A stretch of 39,030 nt of DNA from Spirochaetales bacterium (GTDB lineage Bacteria > Spirochaetota > Spirochaetia > Sphaerochaetales > Sphaerochaetaceae), in contig JAAYDK010000080.1 in assembly GCA_012729295.1 (NCBI GenBank), forward strand, positions 1 to 39,030, in the 5' to 3' direction. Shown piece after piece: positions 15,432 through 24,797 of the stretch. The position numbers were made by a program, and so were the translations under genes. The notes below the pieces were generated by a model, which was not told the origin of the DNA, made no database searches, and worked only from the letters and a program-made list of their open reading frames with translations. Position 1 is the stretch's first letter, and each line of letters starts with the position of its first letter.

Positions 15432-16622
15432 TTATAGTATAAACACACCATTTTCGATAATCGTTACGATTTCGCCACTCGGTGTTTCTCCTTCTACCGT
15501 CAAAAGAGGACCACCGAACGGGAAGCGGAATCGAAGGTCGCTGATGTTACATCCGGTTTGTAGGCGAACATCTTCCAGATTGTCAAAACGGTACAGGTTT
15601 TCGATATGAGAAGCTTCTCCCATACCGAACAAAACCGAACCGGTTGCATTTTCGTCGAATCCGATATAGCTGTTGGAATAACCGAATCTTCCTATTTCGT
15701 TGCCCTCGTCGACCAAAGATACTTCACCGATACGACCGGAGCCCTCGTCGAAAGAACATGCGAGATTCAATACGTCCAATCCTTGTTCAGCCCAGGTCTC
15801 GACTACTTTCCCGTTCCTACAGACCAGTCGTGCTTGTTCAACTGTTTCACCAAGCAGCTTAAAGGAACCCGAAGCTGTCAACACGCCTTCCATTGTTGAA
15901 TAATCGGGTAGCAAGGTCACCCGTTCCAGAGGCAGATGTGGGATGAACCATCTTCCCGAATCGAGCAGTACGATTCCGTTATTCCATTGTGACGAACGTG
16001 CAAATCTGATGCTGAATTTTGTTTCTTCATGTTCGATGCGCAATCTTTGGAAATCGTACCGATTCAGCAGTGTCGTGCGATGATTGATCAACGCCATCTG
16101 TTCTCGCCAGGCTTGTGCCGGATTGACTGAATCAAGTTTAAAAATTGGTGCCAGCGCTTTATACAGCTGCTGTTCGTTTGCAGTATCGCCGAACAGGCTT
16201 TTTGCCCATGAGTCGCTCGGTACGGGTGCAACTGCCCACGGTGCCATGGTCTTGTCCAACTGCGGCGGGGCAAGGTTTCCCACCTTCTGCAACATCGAGA
16301 AGTCTTTAATAATCGTTTCTGGAGAGACGTCTGGTTTCTCGCGTCGAAAACGCTCGTTGTCAAGCCTCAGCAAGGCATAGACAGTAGGATTGGAAAGCAG
16401 CTGATCATGCTCTACAGGAGTGAATGGGAGTACGTCTTTCGGTACGCCAGAATCGATTGCAACGACATTTACCTGCTGACGGGTTATTTCGCATGCTGTT
16501 TGAGCAAGCTCGGTTGCGAAATCGAGTTGTTCGATATCGCTGTTGATCGATAGGCCGTCACCTTCGGTAAGGCCGAGCATACAATTGAGAAGTACTTCTG
16601 AATAGGCAGTCGAATATTCCAT
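15432..16622 (-). CDS. M29 aminopeptidase-like paralog, divergent (probable loss of metal ligands)
   Basis: About 396 aa, collinear with the downstream paralog (PHLPLERVTLLPD, IGEVSLVDEGNEI, FDENATGSVLFGMGE, NISDLRFRFPFGG) and 26 nt upstream of it. The start is taken as ATG 16622 (MEYSTAY...). The track start at 16706 runs to within about 50 nt of the divergent tRNA-Gly gene. Confidence 0.7.
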   Translation of the reverse strand: MEYSTAYSEVLLNCMLGLTEGDGLSINSDIEQLDFATELAQTACEITRQQVNVVAIDSGVPKDVLPFTPVEHDQLLSNPTVYALLRLDNERFRREKPDVSPETIIKDFSMLQKVGNLAPPQLDKTMAPWAVAPVPSDSWAKSLFGDTANEQQLYKALAPIFKLDSVNPAQAWREQMALINHRTTLLNRYDFQRLRIEHEETKFSIRFARSSQWNNGIVLLDSGRWFIPHLPLERVTLLPDYSTMEGVLTASGSFKLLGETVEQARLVCRNGKVVETWAEQGLDVLNLACSFDEGSGRIGEVSLVDEGNEIGRFGYSNSYIGFDENATGSVLFGMGEASHIENLYRFDNLEDVRLQTGCNISDLRFRFPFGGPLLTVEGETPSGEIVTIIENGVFIL

Positions 16623-16753
16623 AATCGTTATGATAATATACCGGAATCGAGGCAAATACCAAGAGGAAGGGCACTCTTGGTAAAAACCAATTGTGTACTT
16701 GACCATAGTTCGTCTTTCTTGTATATATAACTGTCGTAGAAAAACAGATTCAA

Positions 16754-16824
16754 GCGCCTGTGGTATAGTGGTATTACCTCAGCCTTCCAAGCTGAAGAGG
16801 CGGGTTCGATTCCCGTCGGGCGCT
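16754..16824 (+). tRNA. tRNA-Gly (anticodon TCC)
   Basis: GCGCCTGTGGTATAGTGGTATTACCTCAGCCTTCCAAGCTGAAGAGGCGGGTTCGATTCCCGTCGGGCGCT folds as a cloverleaf. Anticodon loop is CT-TCC-AA. Confidence 0.9.
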
Positions 16825-16830
16825 CAAGGA

Positions 16831-16853
16831 AAGCCTGGTCCGCCCAGGCTTTT
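16831..16853 (+). terminator. terminator hairpin after tRNA-Gly
   Basis: AAGCCTGG-tccgc-CCAGGCTT followed by TT. Confidence 0.65.
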
Positions 16854-16926
16854 AATGTCTTTTGATTGGCAAGAACAGCAGTACCTGCCGGTGCAAGTGA
16901 TGCACCAAACATTGTAGAGGTGAAGT

Positions 16927-17175
16927 ATGGGGATACGCGGAGAAGTCTTTTCCAGCAGACTTGAAGCTGGCGACAGAACGTATTTTTTTAATGTGAAAGA
17001 GAACGTATACGGTGATCTTTTCCTTAATATCGTCGAAAGCAAAGGCGTCGAAGGCGGTTCCGATAAATTCATCCGCCAGTCGATCGTCGTGTATCAGGAA
17101 GATTTGGGAGAATTCATCAAGGAATTCCAAAAATCCCTTGATTTTATCAAACAGTCCCGAACAAAGACTCAGTAA
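16927..17175 (+). CDS. bacterial Pur-alpha-like nucleic-acid-binding protein (PUR repeat / DUF3276)
   Basis: 82 aa. EVFSSRLEAGDRTYFFNVKENVYGDLFLNIVESK...IVVYQEDLGEFIKEF matches the single PUR repeat seen in spirochete and Bacteroidetes proteins. Confidence 0.75.
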   Translation: MGIRGEVFSSRLEAGDRTYFFNVKENVYGDLFLNIVESKGVEGGSDKFIRQSIVVYQEDLGEFIKEFQKSLDFIKQSRTKTQ

Positions 17176-17726
17176 GAAAACGTATGCCGCTGAATCGGAC
17201 TCGGACCGAACAGCCTGCACGCTTCGATATGTGAACGGGTAGGATAGCCCTTATGCTTTGCGTACCCCCATTGAGGGTAGCGTGCGTCGAGCTGGATCAT
17301 CAACCGATCCCGCGCCGTTTTTGCAAGAATCGAAGCAGCCATGATTTCGGCGACCGTAGCATCGCCACGCACGATCGAACGACAGTCGACATCGATATCA
17401 ATTGTGTAGTTGCCGTCAACTAAAACTAAAAACACTTCGTCGGTCTTTGCCTGAATGCGCCAAAAAGCGCGCTTCATTGCGCATAGCGTGGCCTGCAAGA
17501 TGTTTATGCGGTCGATTTCCCTGCGACTGGCCCATCCGACTGCCCAAAACAGGGCTCTTTCCTTAATGATCGCCTCGGAGCATTCGCGCTTTATCGGGGA
17601 AAGTTTCTTTGAATCTGCAAGTATTTCGAACGGAAAATCGGCGGGGAGGACGACCGCGGCTGCACACACTGGTCCGGCAATCGGCCCTCGGCCGGCTTCG
17701 TCAATTCCGCAAATGAGTTTTCGCAT
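17169..17726 (-). CDS. rnhB: ribonuclease HII
   Basis: ICGIDEAGRGPIAGPVCAAAVVL, DSKKLS and KADATVAEIMAASILAK-type motifs. 185 aa. Confidence 0.92.
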   Translation of the reverse strand: MRKLICGIDEAGRGPIAGPVCAAAVVLPADFPFEILADSKKLSPIKRECSEAIIKERALFWAVGWASRREIDRINILQATLCAMKRAFWRIQAKTDEVFLVLVDGNYTIDIDVDCRSIVRGDATVAEIMAASILAKTARDRLMIQLDARYPQWGYAKHKGYPTRSHIEACRLFGPSPIQRHTFSY

Positions 17727-17799
17727 ACTTCAGATTGTACACTCCAGACAGGGTTTTTCAAGTATAACCGGTTAATTATCGCCAACTCGTTGTTTTTTA

Positions 17800-17808
17800 T
17801 GGTATACT
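17800..17808 (+). promoter_or_regulatory. extended -10 element (TGgTATACT) upstream of smc
   Basis: TGGTATACT at 17800..17808 in the rnhB/smc divergent spacer. Confidence 0.4.
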
Positions 17809-17832
17809 CGCTAAGAAATAACAGCGGGGGAG

Positions 17833-20673
17833 TTGCCATTGTTCCTGAAGAGCATTGAGTTGTTTGGCTTCAAATCATTCGCAGACAGAACGCGTTTAGA
17901 ATTCTCTGAGGGAACCACGAGTCTGCTTGGTCCGAACGGTTGTGGAAAGAGCAATATCGTCGATGCGATCAAGTGGGTACTCGGTGAGCAATCGACGAAG
18001 ACTCTTCGTGCTTCAAAAATGGAAGACGTAATCTTTAATGGAACCGAATCGCGGAAACCGCTGAATGTTGCAGAGGTTACGCTTTGCATCAATAACGAAG
18101 AAGGGCTTCTCCCTACCGAACACACCGAAGTCGAAATCAGGCGCAGGATTTACCGTACCGGAGATAGCGAATATTTCATAAATCGCAACCCTGTCAGACT
18201 TAAAGACATCAGGGAATTATTTTTCGATACCGGAATTGGAAAATCAGCATATTCGATTCTCGAGCAGGGGAAAATCGACCAGATTCTCTCTACGCGTCCC
18301 GAGGACCGCCGTTATATCTTCGAAGAAGCGGCAGGAATCACCCGATACAAGTCAAAAAGCATCGAAGCCCAGAAAAAGCTCGAGCGTACAGAAGAGAACC
18401 TGATGCAGGTCGAAAGCGTGCTTTCAGAGGTAAAAAGGCAGTACGACTCTCGCAAGGCCCAAGCGGCTAAAGCGCTCCGCTACAAAGAACTCGAACGAGA
18501 ATTGCTAGAACTCGAAATCGACGTACAACTCACTGCGGTAAAAAATCTGACGCTACTTAGATCTTCGAAAGAAGCACAGCTGAAATCTACACAAGCTCGT
18601 TATCAGGATGTAAACGAACTGGTCAAGACAGTCACTGAATCCCTTGAGGAAAAGCAAGCTTTGCTTAGACGTACGGTTGAGCAAAAGATTGCCATACAAA
18701 CACGCCTCCAACGTCTTGAAGAACAACGTATCGGAAAAAAAGAACAGCTTCAGCTGCTTCAGCAGCGTTATCGGGACTTTCTCAAGACCAAGGAAGACTC
18801 GCTTGAACGATCACGACGAATTCAGGAAAAAATCGATCGAGATTTGTGTGAATCCGAAGATCAGAAAGACCGTCTCGCGAACGCATCGAAAAAAATCTCA
18901 ATTCTACTGCAGCAGAAAGAGTTATCAGAAAAAGAACTCGAGCAGACAAAACAACTAATGACCGTCCACGAGCATGAAATCGAAGAAAAAGAAGAACAGA
19001 TTGCAGGTTATGACAGCCTGATGCGCGACCGCGGTGTCGAACTGCAAGCTCTCACAGACTCGATTGTCGCCCAGATTGATGCAAAGCTGGTTGCGAGCGC
19101 ATACTCCTCGCAAACCCGCAAGGATGCCGAGAAGGCTTTTACGGAACAGATGAAACATGTACGCGACCACGTTTCCCAAACTGCACAATATGTCGGATCG
19201 CTGGATATCATGCAAAAACAGCGTAGCGGCCGCGATGTCGGACGGCACTGGGAGCATATCTTTGATGAAGTAGAGCAGGGCTTGCGCCGTCTGGCCGATC
19301 TGTTCGAAACCTACCGCAACACAATTCCTTCCTTCATCGACGATTTCATAGCTCCAGAAGGAATTATTACGAAAAAACGTCAGATTGACGAATCGCTTAC
19401 CGAGACGAGGAAGAACATAGAATCTGATCGCAACAGGATTACCGAACTTAGAGAAGCAAACCGTACCCTGGCGGCTATGATGGAACAGATACGAGAACGG
19501 ATCGTACAGATTGATTCGGCTTGTAACGAACAACGCTCAAAAGAAACAACCGCCAAAGCCTTGTTGGAAAACTACGAGCGAAGCCTGACCGAACAGCAGT
19601 ATACGAAACAAGACGCTGAATCTGATGCCGAAACGGCCGAATCGAGGGCGTTCGAGACTACCAATTCGATGAATCTCGTCACAGAAGAGCAAAAACGTAT
19701 TTCAGAAGAGATCCAGTCGCTTAACGACGAACTAGAACGGATTTCTCTGGAAATCGACGCTTTTAACGAACAGCTGGCCGAAGAACGACAGCAGATGAAT
19801 ACCCGTTATGAGCAATTGCACGGCCTGCGTTCCGAAATCGACAAGTACGGCTTCCATATCGAAAACTTGAATCAGCAGATTCAGCAGATCTTTACTAATT
19901 TTTACGATTCATACGGAAAAAGTTTGAAAGAATACGAAGATCGTCTGGAAAACGACATAGAAGATGCGGCGATTTTACGGGAACGCGTTTCGGAGATTAA
20001 GAAGCAGATTCAACAGATGGGCTACATCAACCATATGGCCGAAGAGGAATTTTCAGAAATTAAAGAACGCTTCGATTTCCTCAACCGTCAGACCGCAGAT
20101 CTCGCGAAAGCCAAACAAGACCTTTTCAGAGTCATAGACGAGATTACCAAACGCTCTGAACAGTTGTTTATGGAATCGTATCAAAAGATACGTGTGGGGT
20201 TTCAGGAAATGTTTCATCGCATGTTCGGAGGAGGTCGAGCCGAACTGAAGCTGCTTGATCCCGAACACGTCCTTGAAAGCGGCATAGACATTCTCGCACA
20301 ACCACCGGGTAAGCGGCTCGATCGTCTTGCACCATTGTCGGGAGGCGAAAAATCACTGACCGCAGTAGCCTTGCTCTTTGCCACGTATCAGGTAAAGCCT
20401 TCTCCCTTTTGCATACTCGACGAGATAGACGCCGCCCTCGATGATCGCAATATCGGCAACTTTCTCAGCGTATTGGAGGATTTCAGCAGAGAATCTCAGT
20501 TTATCATCATCACGCACAACAAGCGGACGGTTTTGGGAGCAAAGACCCTATTAGGCGTAACCATGCAGGAGCACGGAATTTCAAAAGCCATCGCATGGAA
20601 ACTCGGATGGGACTCCGATAAGGAGACCATATTTTCCGAACAGGTTGACATCCGTTCCGATAATACAGTATAA
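17833..20673 (+). CDS. smc: SMC-family chromosome segregation ATPase (short, 946 aa; no obvious canonical hinge)
   Basis: N-terminal head FLKSIELFGFKSFADRT...LLGPNGCGKSNIVDAIKWVLGEQS. Long heptad-rich coiled coil. C-terminal head LSGGEKSLTAVALLFA...FCILDEIDAALDD. The start is TTG at 17833 or, better spaced from the GGGGGAG RBS, TTG at 17839. Confidence 0.88.
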   Translation: MPLFLKSIELFGFKSFADRTRLEFSEGTTSLLGPNGCGKSNIVDAIKWVLGEQSTKTLRASKMEDVIFNGTESRKPLNVAEVTLCINNEEGLLPTEHTEVEIRRRIYRTGDSEYFINRNPVRLKDIRELFFDTGIGKSAYSILEQGKIDQILSTRPEDRRYIFEEAAGITRYKSKSIEAQKKLERTEENLMQVESVLSEVKRQYDSRKAQAAKALRYKELERELLELEIDVQLTAVKNLTLLRSSKEAQLKSTQARYQDVNELVKTVTESLEEKQALLRRTVEQKIAIQTRLQRLEEQRIGKKEQLQLLQQRYRDFLKTKEDSLERSRRIQEKIDRDLCESEDQKDRLANASKKISILLQQKELSEKELEQTKQLMTVHEHEIEEKEEQIAGYDSLMRDRGVELQALTDSIVAQIDAKLVASAYSSQTRKDAEKAFTEQMKHVRDHVSQTAQYVGSLDIMQKQRSGRDVGRHWEHIFDEVEQGLRRLADLFETYRNTIPSFIDDFIAPEGIITKKRQIDESLTETRKNIESDRNRITELREANRTLAAMMEQIRERIVQIDSACNEQRSKETTAKALLENYERSLTEQQYTKQDAESDAETAESRAFETTNSMNLVTEEQKRISEEIQSLNDELERISLEIDAFNEQLAEERQQMNTRYEQLHGLRSEIDKYGFHIENLNQQIQQIFTNFYDSYGKSLKEYEDRLENDIEDAAILRERVSEIKKQIQQMGYINHMAEEEFSEIKERFDFLNRQTADLAKAKQDLFRVIDEITKRSEQLFMESYQKIRVGFQEMFHRMFGGGRAELKLLDPEHVLESGIDILAQPPGKRLDRLAPLSGGEKSLTAVALLFATYQVKPSPFCILDEIDAALDDRNIGNFLSVLEDFSRESQFIIITHNKRTVLGAKTLLGVTMQEHGISKAIAWKLGWDSDKETIFSEQVDIRSDNTV

Positions 20674-20707
20674 CTCGTTACCGTGAAGATGATAGTTTTG
20701 GTGATAC

Positions 20708-22042
20708 ATGTTTGATTCAATAAGCGCACAATTTACTCGGATTGCTCGATCGCTCACCGGCAAATCGAAGATTACCGAGAAAAACATACAGGATGCCGTC
20801 GAAGAGATAAAGGTCGCCCTGCTTGAGGCCGATGTAAATCTTCGTGTCGTCAGGCGATTCGTAAACCGCACGATGGAAGAGGCTACCGGTGAAAAGGTTC
20901 TGCAATCCGTCAATCCCGGACAACAGTTCATCAAGATCGTCTACGATAAGATGGTTCAGCTCCTCGGCGACGAGGCTAATCAGAGCCTTGCACTCAAAGG
21001 CCCGGATACCACATCGGTGATTCTCATGATGGGGCTGCAAGGTTCGGGAAAGACCACTACCGCCGCCAAGCTTGCCCTTAGACTGAAAAAGCAGGGTAGG
21101 CGTGTGCTGCTGGTAGCAGCCGACCTGGTCCGTCCTGCGGCAGTACTGCAGCTTCAGGTGCTCGGGGAGAAGGTCGCAGTTCCCGTGTTTGCCGAAACGG
21201 GAGCGGTAAATCCCGTTCAGGTAGCGCGCAATGCTCTAGCAAAAGCCAAACGCGAACAATACGACGTACTGATAGTCGATACATCCGGGCGGATGCACCT
21301 CGACGAACTCATGATGGACGAAATCCAAAGGGTTTCACAAGCGATCGATCCCGTCGAGCGTTTGTTCGTTGCCGATGCGATGACCGGACAGAATGCCGTC
21401 ACCATCGCACAGGAATTCGAAGAGAAGGTCGGTATCACCGGCGTCATTCTCAGTAAGTTCGATTCCGATACCCGCGGTGGAGCTGCGCTCTCGTTGCGTT
21501 CGATCGTCGGCAAACCGATTAAATTTATCGGAGTTGGCGAAAAACCGGAAGATCTCGATCCGTTCTATCCCGATCGTATTGCATCAAGAATCCTCGGCAT
21601 GGGTGATGTCGTTTCGCTGGTTGAAAAGGCTCAGGAGACTATCGATCTCAAAGAAGCCCAGAGAATGCAGGAAAAGATGTCGAAAGCGACCTTCGACCTG
21701 CAGGACTATCTTGACCAACTCGACCGCATGAATAAAATGGGATCGGTAGAGAAGATTCTCGATATGATTCCTGGTGCCAAGGGGAATGTGAGCGAAGACG
21801 ATATCGATACTGCCGAGATGAAGCGGGAGAAAGCGATTATCCAGTCGATGACCTTGAAAGAACGTCAGAGCCCCTTCATGATTGGTCCGACGCGGAAGAA
21901 ACGGATTGCATCGGGAAGCGGAACTGCGGTATATGATGTAAACAGGCTATTGAAAAAATTTGAAAAAATGCGGCTTACTATGAAGAAGTTCGCTAAAAAT
22001 AAGAAATACCAAGCTTCAATGTTGAAACACATGGGTATGTAG
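20708..22042 (+). CDS. ffh: signal recognition particle protein Ffh
   Basis: MFDSISAQF...LTGKSKITEKNI, GLQGSGKTTTAAKLA, DTSGR, and a Met-rich M domain (MNKMGS...MKKF). Confidence 0.96.
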   Translation: MFDSISAQFTRIARSLTGKSKITEKNIQDAVEEIKVALLEADVNLRVVRRFVNRTMEEATGEKVLQSVNPGQQFIKIVYDKMVQLLGDEANQSLALKGPDTTSVILMMGLQGSGKTTTAAKLALRLKKQGRRVLLVAADLVRPAAVLQLQVLGEKVAVPVFAETGAVNPVQVARNALAKAKREQYDVLIVDTSGRMHLDELMMDEIQRVSQAIDPVERLFVADAMTGQNAVTIAQEFEEKVGITGVILSKFDSDTRGGAALSLRSIVGKPIKFIGVGEKPEDLDPFYPDRIASRILGMGDVVSLVEKAQETIDLKEAQRMQEKMSKATFDLQDYLDQLDRMNKMGSVEKILDMIPGAKGNVSEDDIDTAEMKREKAIIQSMTLKERQSPFMIGPTRKKRIASGSGTAVYDVNRLLKKFEKMRLTMKKFAKNKKYQASMLKHMGM

Positions 22043-22064
22043 TTGAGTTGAGCGGGAGGAAGTT

Positions 22065-22334
22065 GTGAGTACGAGTATTAGGCTAAAGAGATTTGGGGCG
22101 AAGAAAAATCCGTCATACCGACTGGTAGTGGTCGATTCCCAGGCCGCGCGGGACAGCCGCACGATCGAGGAAGTGGGTCATTATCATCCGGTTGAGAAAG
22201 ACGAGTCGAAGCAGGTCGTTCTGAACGAAGAACGCATCAAGGATTGGCTTGCGAAAGGCGCCCAGCCTTCGACCACTGTGAGGAGAATTCTCAACAGGCA
22301 CAAGATTACCATCGACAGAAGCGTCCGGGAATAA
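22065..22334 (+). CDS. rpsP: 30S ribosomal protein S16
   Basis: GTG start with a GGGAGGAAG RBS. IRLKRFGAKKNPSYRLVVVDSQAARDSRTIEEVGHYHP. Confidence 0.95.
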   Translation: MSTSIRLKRFGAKKNPSYRLVVVDSQAARDSRTIEEVGHYHPVEKDESKQVVLNEERIKDWLAKGAQPSTTVRRILNRHKITIDRSVRE

Positions 22335-22351
22335 ATCCAGGAGGATCTGCC

Positions 22352-22585
22352 GTGGAAAAAGATCTGGTCGAATATATTGTAAAATCGTTGGTCGACCGAC
22401 CGGACGAGGTATCGGTTCATGTCATCGAGGGTGAGCAGTCTACCATTCTCGAACTGAAGGTAGCCTCCGACGACGTCGGGAAAGTAATCGGCAAGCAAGG
22501 CCGTATCGCCAATGCGATTAGGGTAATCCTGAGCGCTTCGGCGACCAAGGACGGCAAGCGGGTCGTATTGGAAATCATTGACTGA
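22352..22585 (+). CDS. KH-domain RNA-binding protein (UPF0109/YlqC family)
   Basis: GTG at 22352 after an AGGAGGA RBS. LVEYIVKSLVDRPDEVSV...DDVGKVIGKQGRIANAIRVIL. It sits at the conserved position between rpsP and rimM. Confidence 0.85.
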   Translation: MEKDLVEYIVKSLVDRPDEVSVHVIEGEQSTILELKVASDDVGKVIGKQGRIANAIRVILSASATKDGKRVVLEIID

Positions 22586-23088
22586 TGGACATGTTGGCCA
22601 CTGGCGTAGTGAAAAGTCCTCATGGTTTGCGCGGGTACGTGAAGTTCCATTCCTTTTCGTCGGAATATAGCCACCTCGAGAATATCGGGGAGGCTGTGCT
22701 TCGTAAAAACGATGCCGAAAAGAAGCTTGCCGTCGAAGACATTACGGTCAGCGGTTCTACGATTCTGGTGAAATTTGCGGGAATCGACGACCCTGAAAGC
22801 GCCAAAATGCTAAACGGTTGGGAATTATGGGTTCCCCGTGTATCAGCAGCACCGCTTGACGATGGTGAATACTATGTTGCCGATCTCATCGGTTGTATGA
22901 TGGTGGACGGTGATACCGAACTTGGAAAGGTCGTCTCCACAATCGATGGTGCACAAGCGCTGTTGCTCGAAGTCAATTCGCTGATCGATGGGAAAAACTA
23001 CCTGGTGCCGTTTCTGGAACACTATATCGGAAACGTCGACATCGCCGCTAAACGGCTGGAATTGCTCGAGCCATGGCTGCTGTCATGA
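22585..23088 (+). CDS. rimM: 16S rRNA processing protein RimM
   Basis: GVVKSPHGLRGYVKF...YYVADLIGC...LVPF. The start shares 1 nt with the upstream stop (TGATG). Confidence 0.9.
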   Translation: MDMLATGVVKSPHGLRGYVKFHSFSSEYSHLENIGEAVLRKNDAEKKLAVEDITVSGSTILVKFAGIDDPESAKMLNGWELWVPRVSAAPLDDGEYYVADLIGCMMVDGDTELGKVVSTIDGAQALLLEVNSLIDGKNYLVPFLEHYIGNVDIAAKRLELLEPWLLS

Positions 23089-23846
23089 AATTTACGATTG
23101 TCACGCTCTTTCCCGAAATAATCGAAAGCTTTTTTACCAGTTCCATCATGGCCAAGAGCGTTGGCGATGGTACGATTTCCTATCAGCTGGTAAATTTCAG
23201 GGACTATGCCGAAGACAAGCACAAGACGTGCGATGATGCACCGTATGGCGGTGGTGCCGGGATGGTCATCAAAGTCGAACCTCTGGCAAGGGCTCTCGAG
23301 GCCGTTGGGGCAAAACAAAAGAGGGTAGTCTTCCCGACTCCGTCAGGAAAACCCTTTACCCAGCACTACGCGAAAAAATTGAGCAGAGAAGAGGAACTCG
23401 TAATTATCTGCGGAAGGTACGAAGGTATTGACCAAAGAATCATAGACTTGTATGTTGATGACGAGATTTGCATTGGCGACTACGTAATCTCCTCAGGGGA
23501 AGTCGCCGCGTTGGTTGTCGTGGATGCCGTGTATCGCTTGGTCGACGGAGTGATAAGCTCTGAATCGTTGGCCGAAGAAAGCTTTACCGACGGTTTGCTT
23601 GAGTACCCTCAGTATACCAGACCGGCTACCTATTGCGGAATTAATGTACCTGAGATATTATTGTCGGGTCATCATGCCCATATAGGGCAATGGCGCTTCA
23701 TGAAACGCCTGGAAAAGACGCTGCGTAATAGACCGGAGCTGCTTGAAAAGGCTGATCTTGATGTGGAAACGAAACGAATCATAGCAGAGTTGAAATCATA
23801 TAATGCGAAGGGGACCGAAGAACATGGATGTGATCAGAGCGATTGA
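23085..23846 (+). CDS. trmD: tRNA (guanine37-N1)-methyltransferase TrmD
   Basis: [12 protein letters not shown]...[12 protein letters not shown]...[11 protein letters not shown]...[14 protein letters not shown] overlap with rimM at 23085..23088. Confidence 0.95.
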   Translation: MKFTIVTLFPEIIESFFTSSIMAKSVGDGTISYQLVNFRDYAEDKHKTCDDAPYGGGAGMVIKVEPLARALEAVGAKQKRVVFPTPSGKPFTQHYAKKLSREEELVIICGRYEGIDQRIIDLYVDDEICIGDYVISSGEVAALVVVDAVYRLVDGVISSESLAEESFTDGLLEYPQYTRPATYCGINVPEILLSGHHAHIGQWRFMKRLEKTLRNRPELLEKADLDVETKRIIAELKSYNAKGTEEHGCDQSD

Positions 23847-24183
23847 AGCACAACAAATGAAAGAAAACGCGGAGAATTTCCACGTTGGAGATACCGTAAA
23901 AGTTCACTTTACGATTAAGGAAGGTGACAAGGAACGGGTCCAGGTGTACGAAGGCGTCGTAATTGCCGTCAACAACGGAGGAATCAGAAAGACTTTTGTC
24001 GTTCGCAAGATTTCTTACGGTGTCGGTGTTGAGAGAATTTTTCCGGTACACTCTCCTCGAATTGAAAAAATCGAGGTAGTCAGACGCGGTCGTGTCAGAA
24101 GAGCAAAGCTCTACTATATCAGACACAAGGTCGGAAAAGCTGCCAAGGTTCCCGAACTTATCATTCGCAAGCAGAAAGTATAA
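23824..24183 (+). CDS. rplS: 50S ribosomal protein L19
   Basis: [27 protein letters not shown]...FEGVVIA-type...[19 protein letters not shown]...[12 protein letters not shown]. It overlaps the trmD 3' end by 23 nt. Confidence 0.95.
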   Translation: MDVIRAIEAQQMKENAENFHVGDTVKVHFTIKEGDKERVQVYEGVVIAVNNGGIRKTFVVRKISYGVGVERIFPVHSPRIEKIEVVRRGRVRRAKLYYIRHKVGKAAKVPELIIRKQKV

Positions 24184-24205
24184 TCTCTTCTCGACCTTAC
24201 CAGGG

Positions 24206-24231
24206 AAAACGGGTGCCATGGCACCCGTTTT
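24206..24231 (+). terminator. rho-independent terminator of the ffh-rplS cluster
   Basis: AAAACGGGTGCCATGGCACCCGTTTT is a perfect palindrome ending in a T-run. Confidence 0.8.
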
Positions 24232-24344
24232 ACTTGTTCATTATCGATATCGTACCGCATCTCGTTGCACGGTTCTCTCTGTTGCAGTAAGATTGACGGC
24301 GTGACGGTCTAGTTGCCGGACTCAAGCACTGAAGGAGTTTGCCG

Positions 24345-24797
24345 ATGGGAAATGCACCTGAGCGGCCTGAAAAGCAGGCAAAGCAGAAAAACCGTTCGAA
24401 CGATCAAAAGCGAAAGCGGAAAAAATCGAAAAATCGGCATAATCCTGCCGGTGGTCAGCAACATACTGCTGTTCGTGAAGAAGTCCAGGTTGTGGTTCCG
24501 AAAATACATGAACCGGTTCCTGCCTGCGCCTTGTGTGGAAAACCGATCGACGCGATTTCGCAAGCTATCGGAGGACCGCAGAGCGGAACGTTTTCACATT
24601 TCGACTGTGTATTGCGCAAGATTGCCGATGATGAACATATACTGCCGACGCAAAAGATCTCATACATAGGAAGGGGAGTGTTTGCCGTTATCGAGATGCA
24701 CGAAGACAACTCGTTTACCATCGTGAAGCGAATTCCCTATGAAGACCCCGAGACGTTCAATTCCATGAAACGTTATGTGGAGGGACGAAAACGATGA
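24345..24797 (+). CDS. hypothetical protein with a Lys/Arg-rich N-terminal tail and a CxxC...HxxC putative zinc knuckle
   Basis: AAGGAG RBS 8 nt upstream of the ATG. About 150 aa. The tail is KQAKQKNRSNDQKRKRKKSKNRH, followed by CALCGKPID...FSHFDCV. Its stop overlaps the coaD ATG (ATGA). Confidence 0.6.
   Translation: MGNAPERPEKQAKQKNRSNDQKRKRKKSKNRHNPAGGQQHTAVREEVQVVVPKIHEPVPACALCGKPIDAISQAIGGPQSGTFSHFDCVLRKIADDEHILPTQKISYIGRGVFAVIEMHEDNSFTIVKRIPYEDPETFNSMKRYVEGRKR

Noticed and set aside
16628-16912. 94-aa minus-strand ORF and 74-aa plus-strand ORF covering the tRNA-Gly locus.
   Set aside because: Both are read straight through a well-folded tRNA gene and its terminator, so they are artefacts of ORF calling.
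18955-19533. 192-aa ORF antisense to the smc coiled-coil region.
   Set aside because: The sense strand here is repetitive and Glu/Lys/Gln-rich, so the complementary frame is depleted of stop codons. The product is low-complexity, Phe/Leu-rich, and has no start context.
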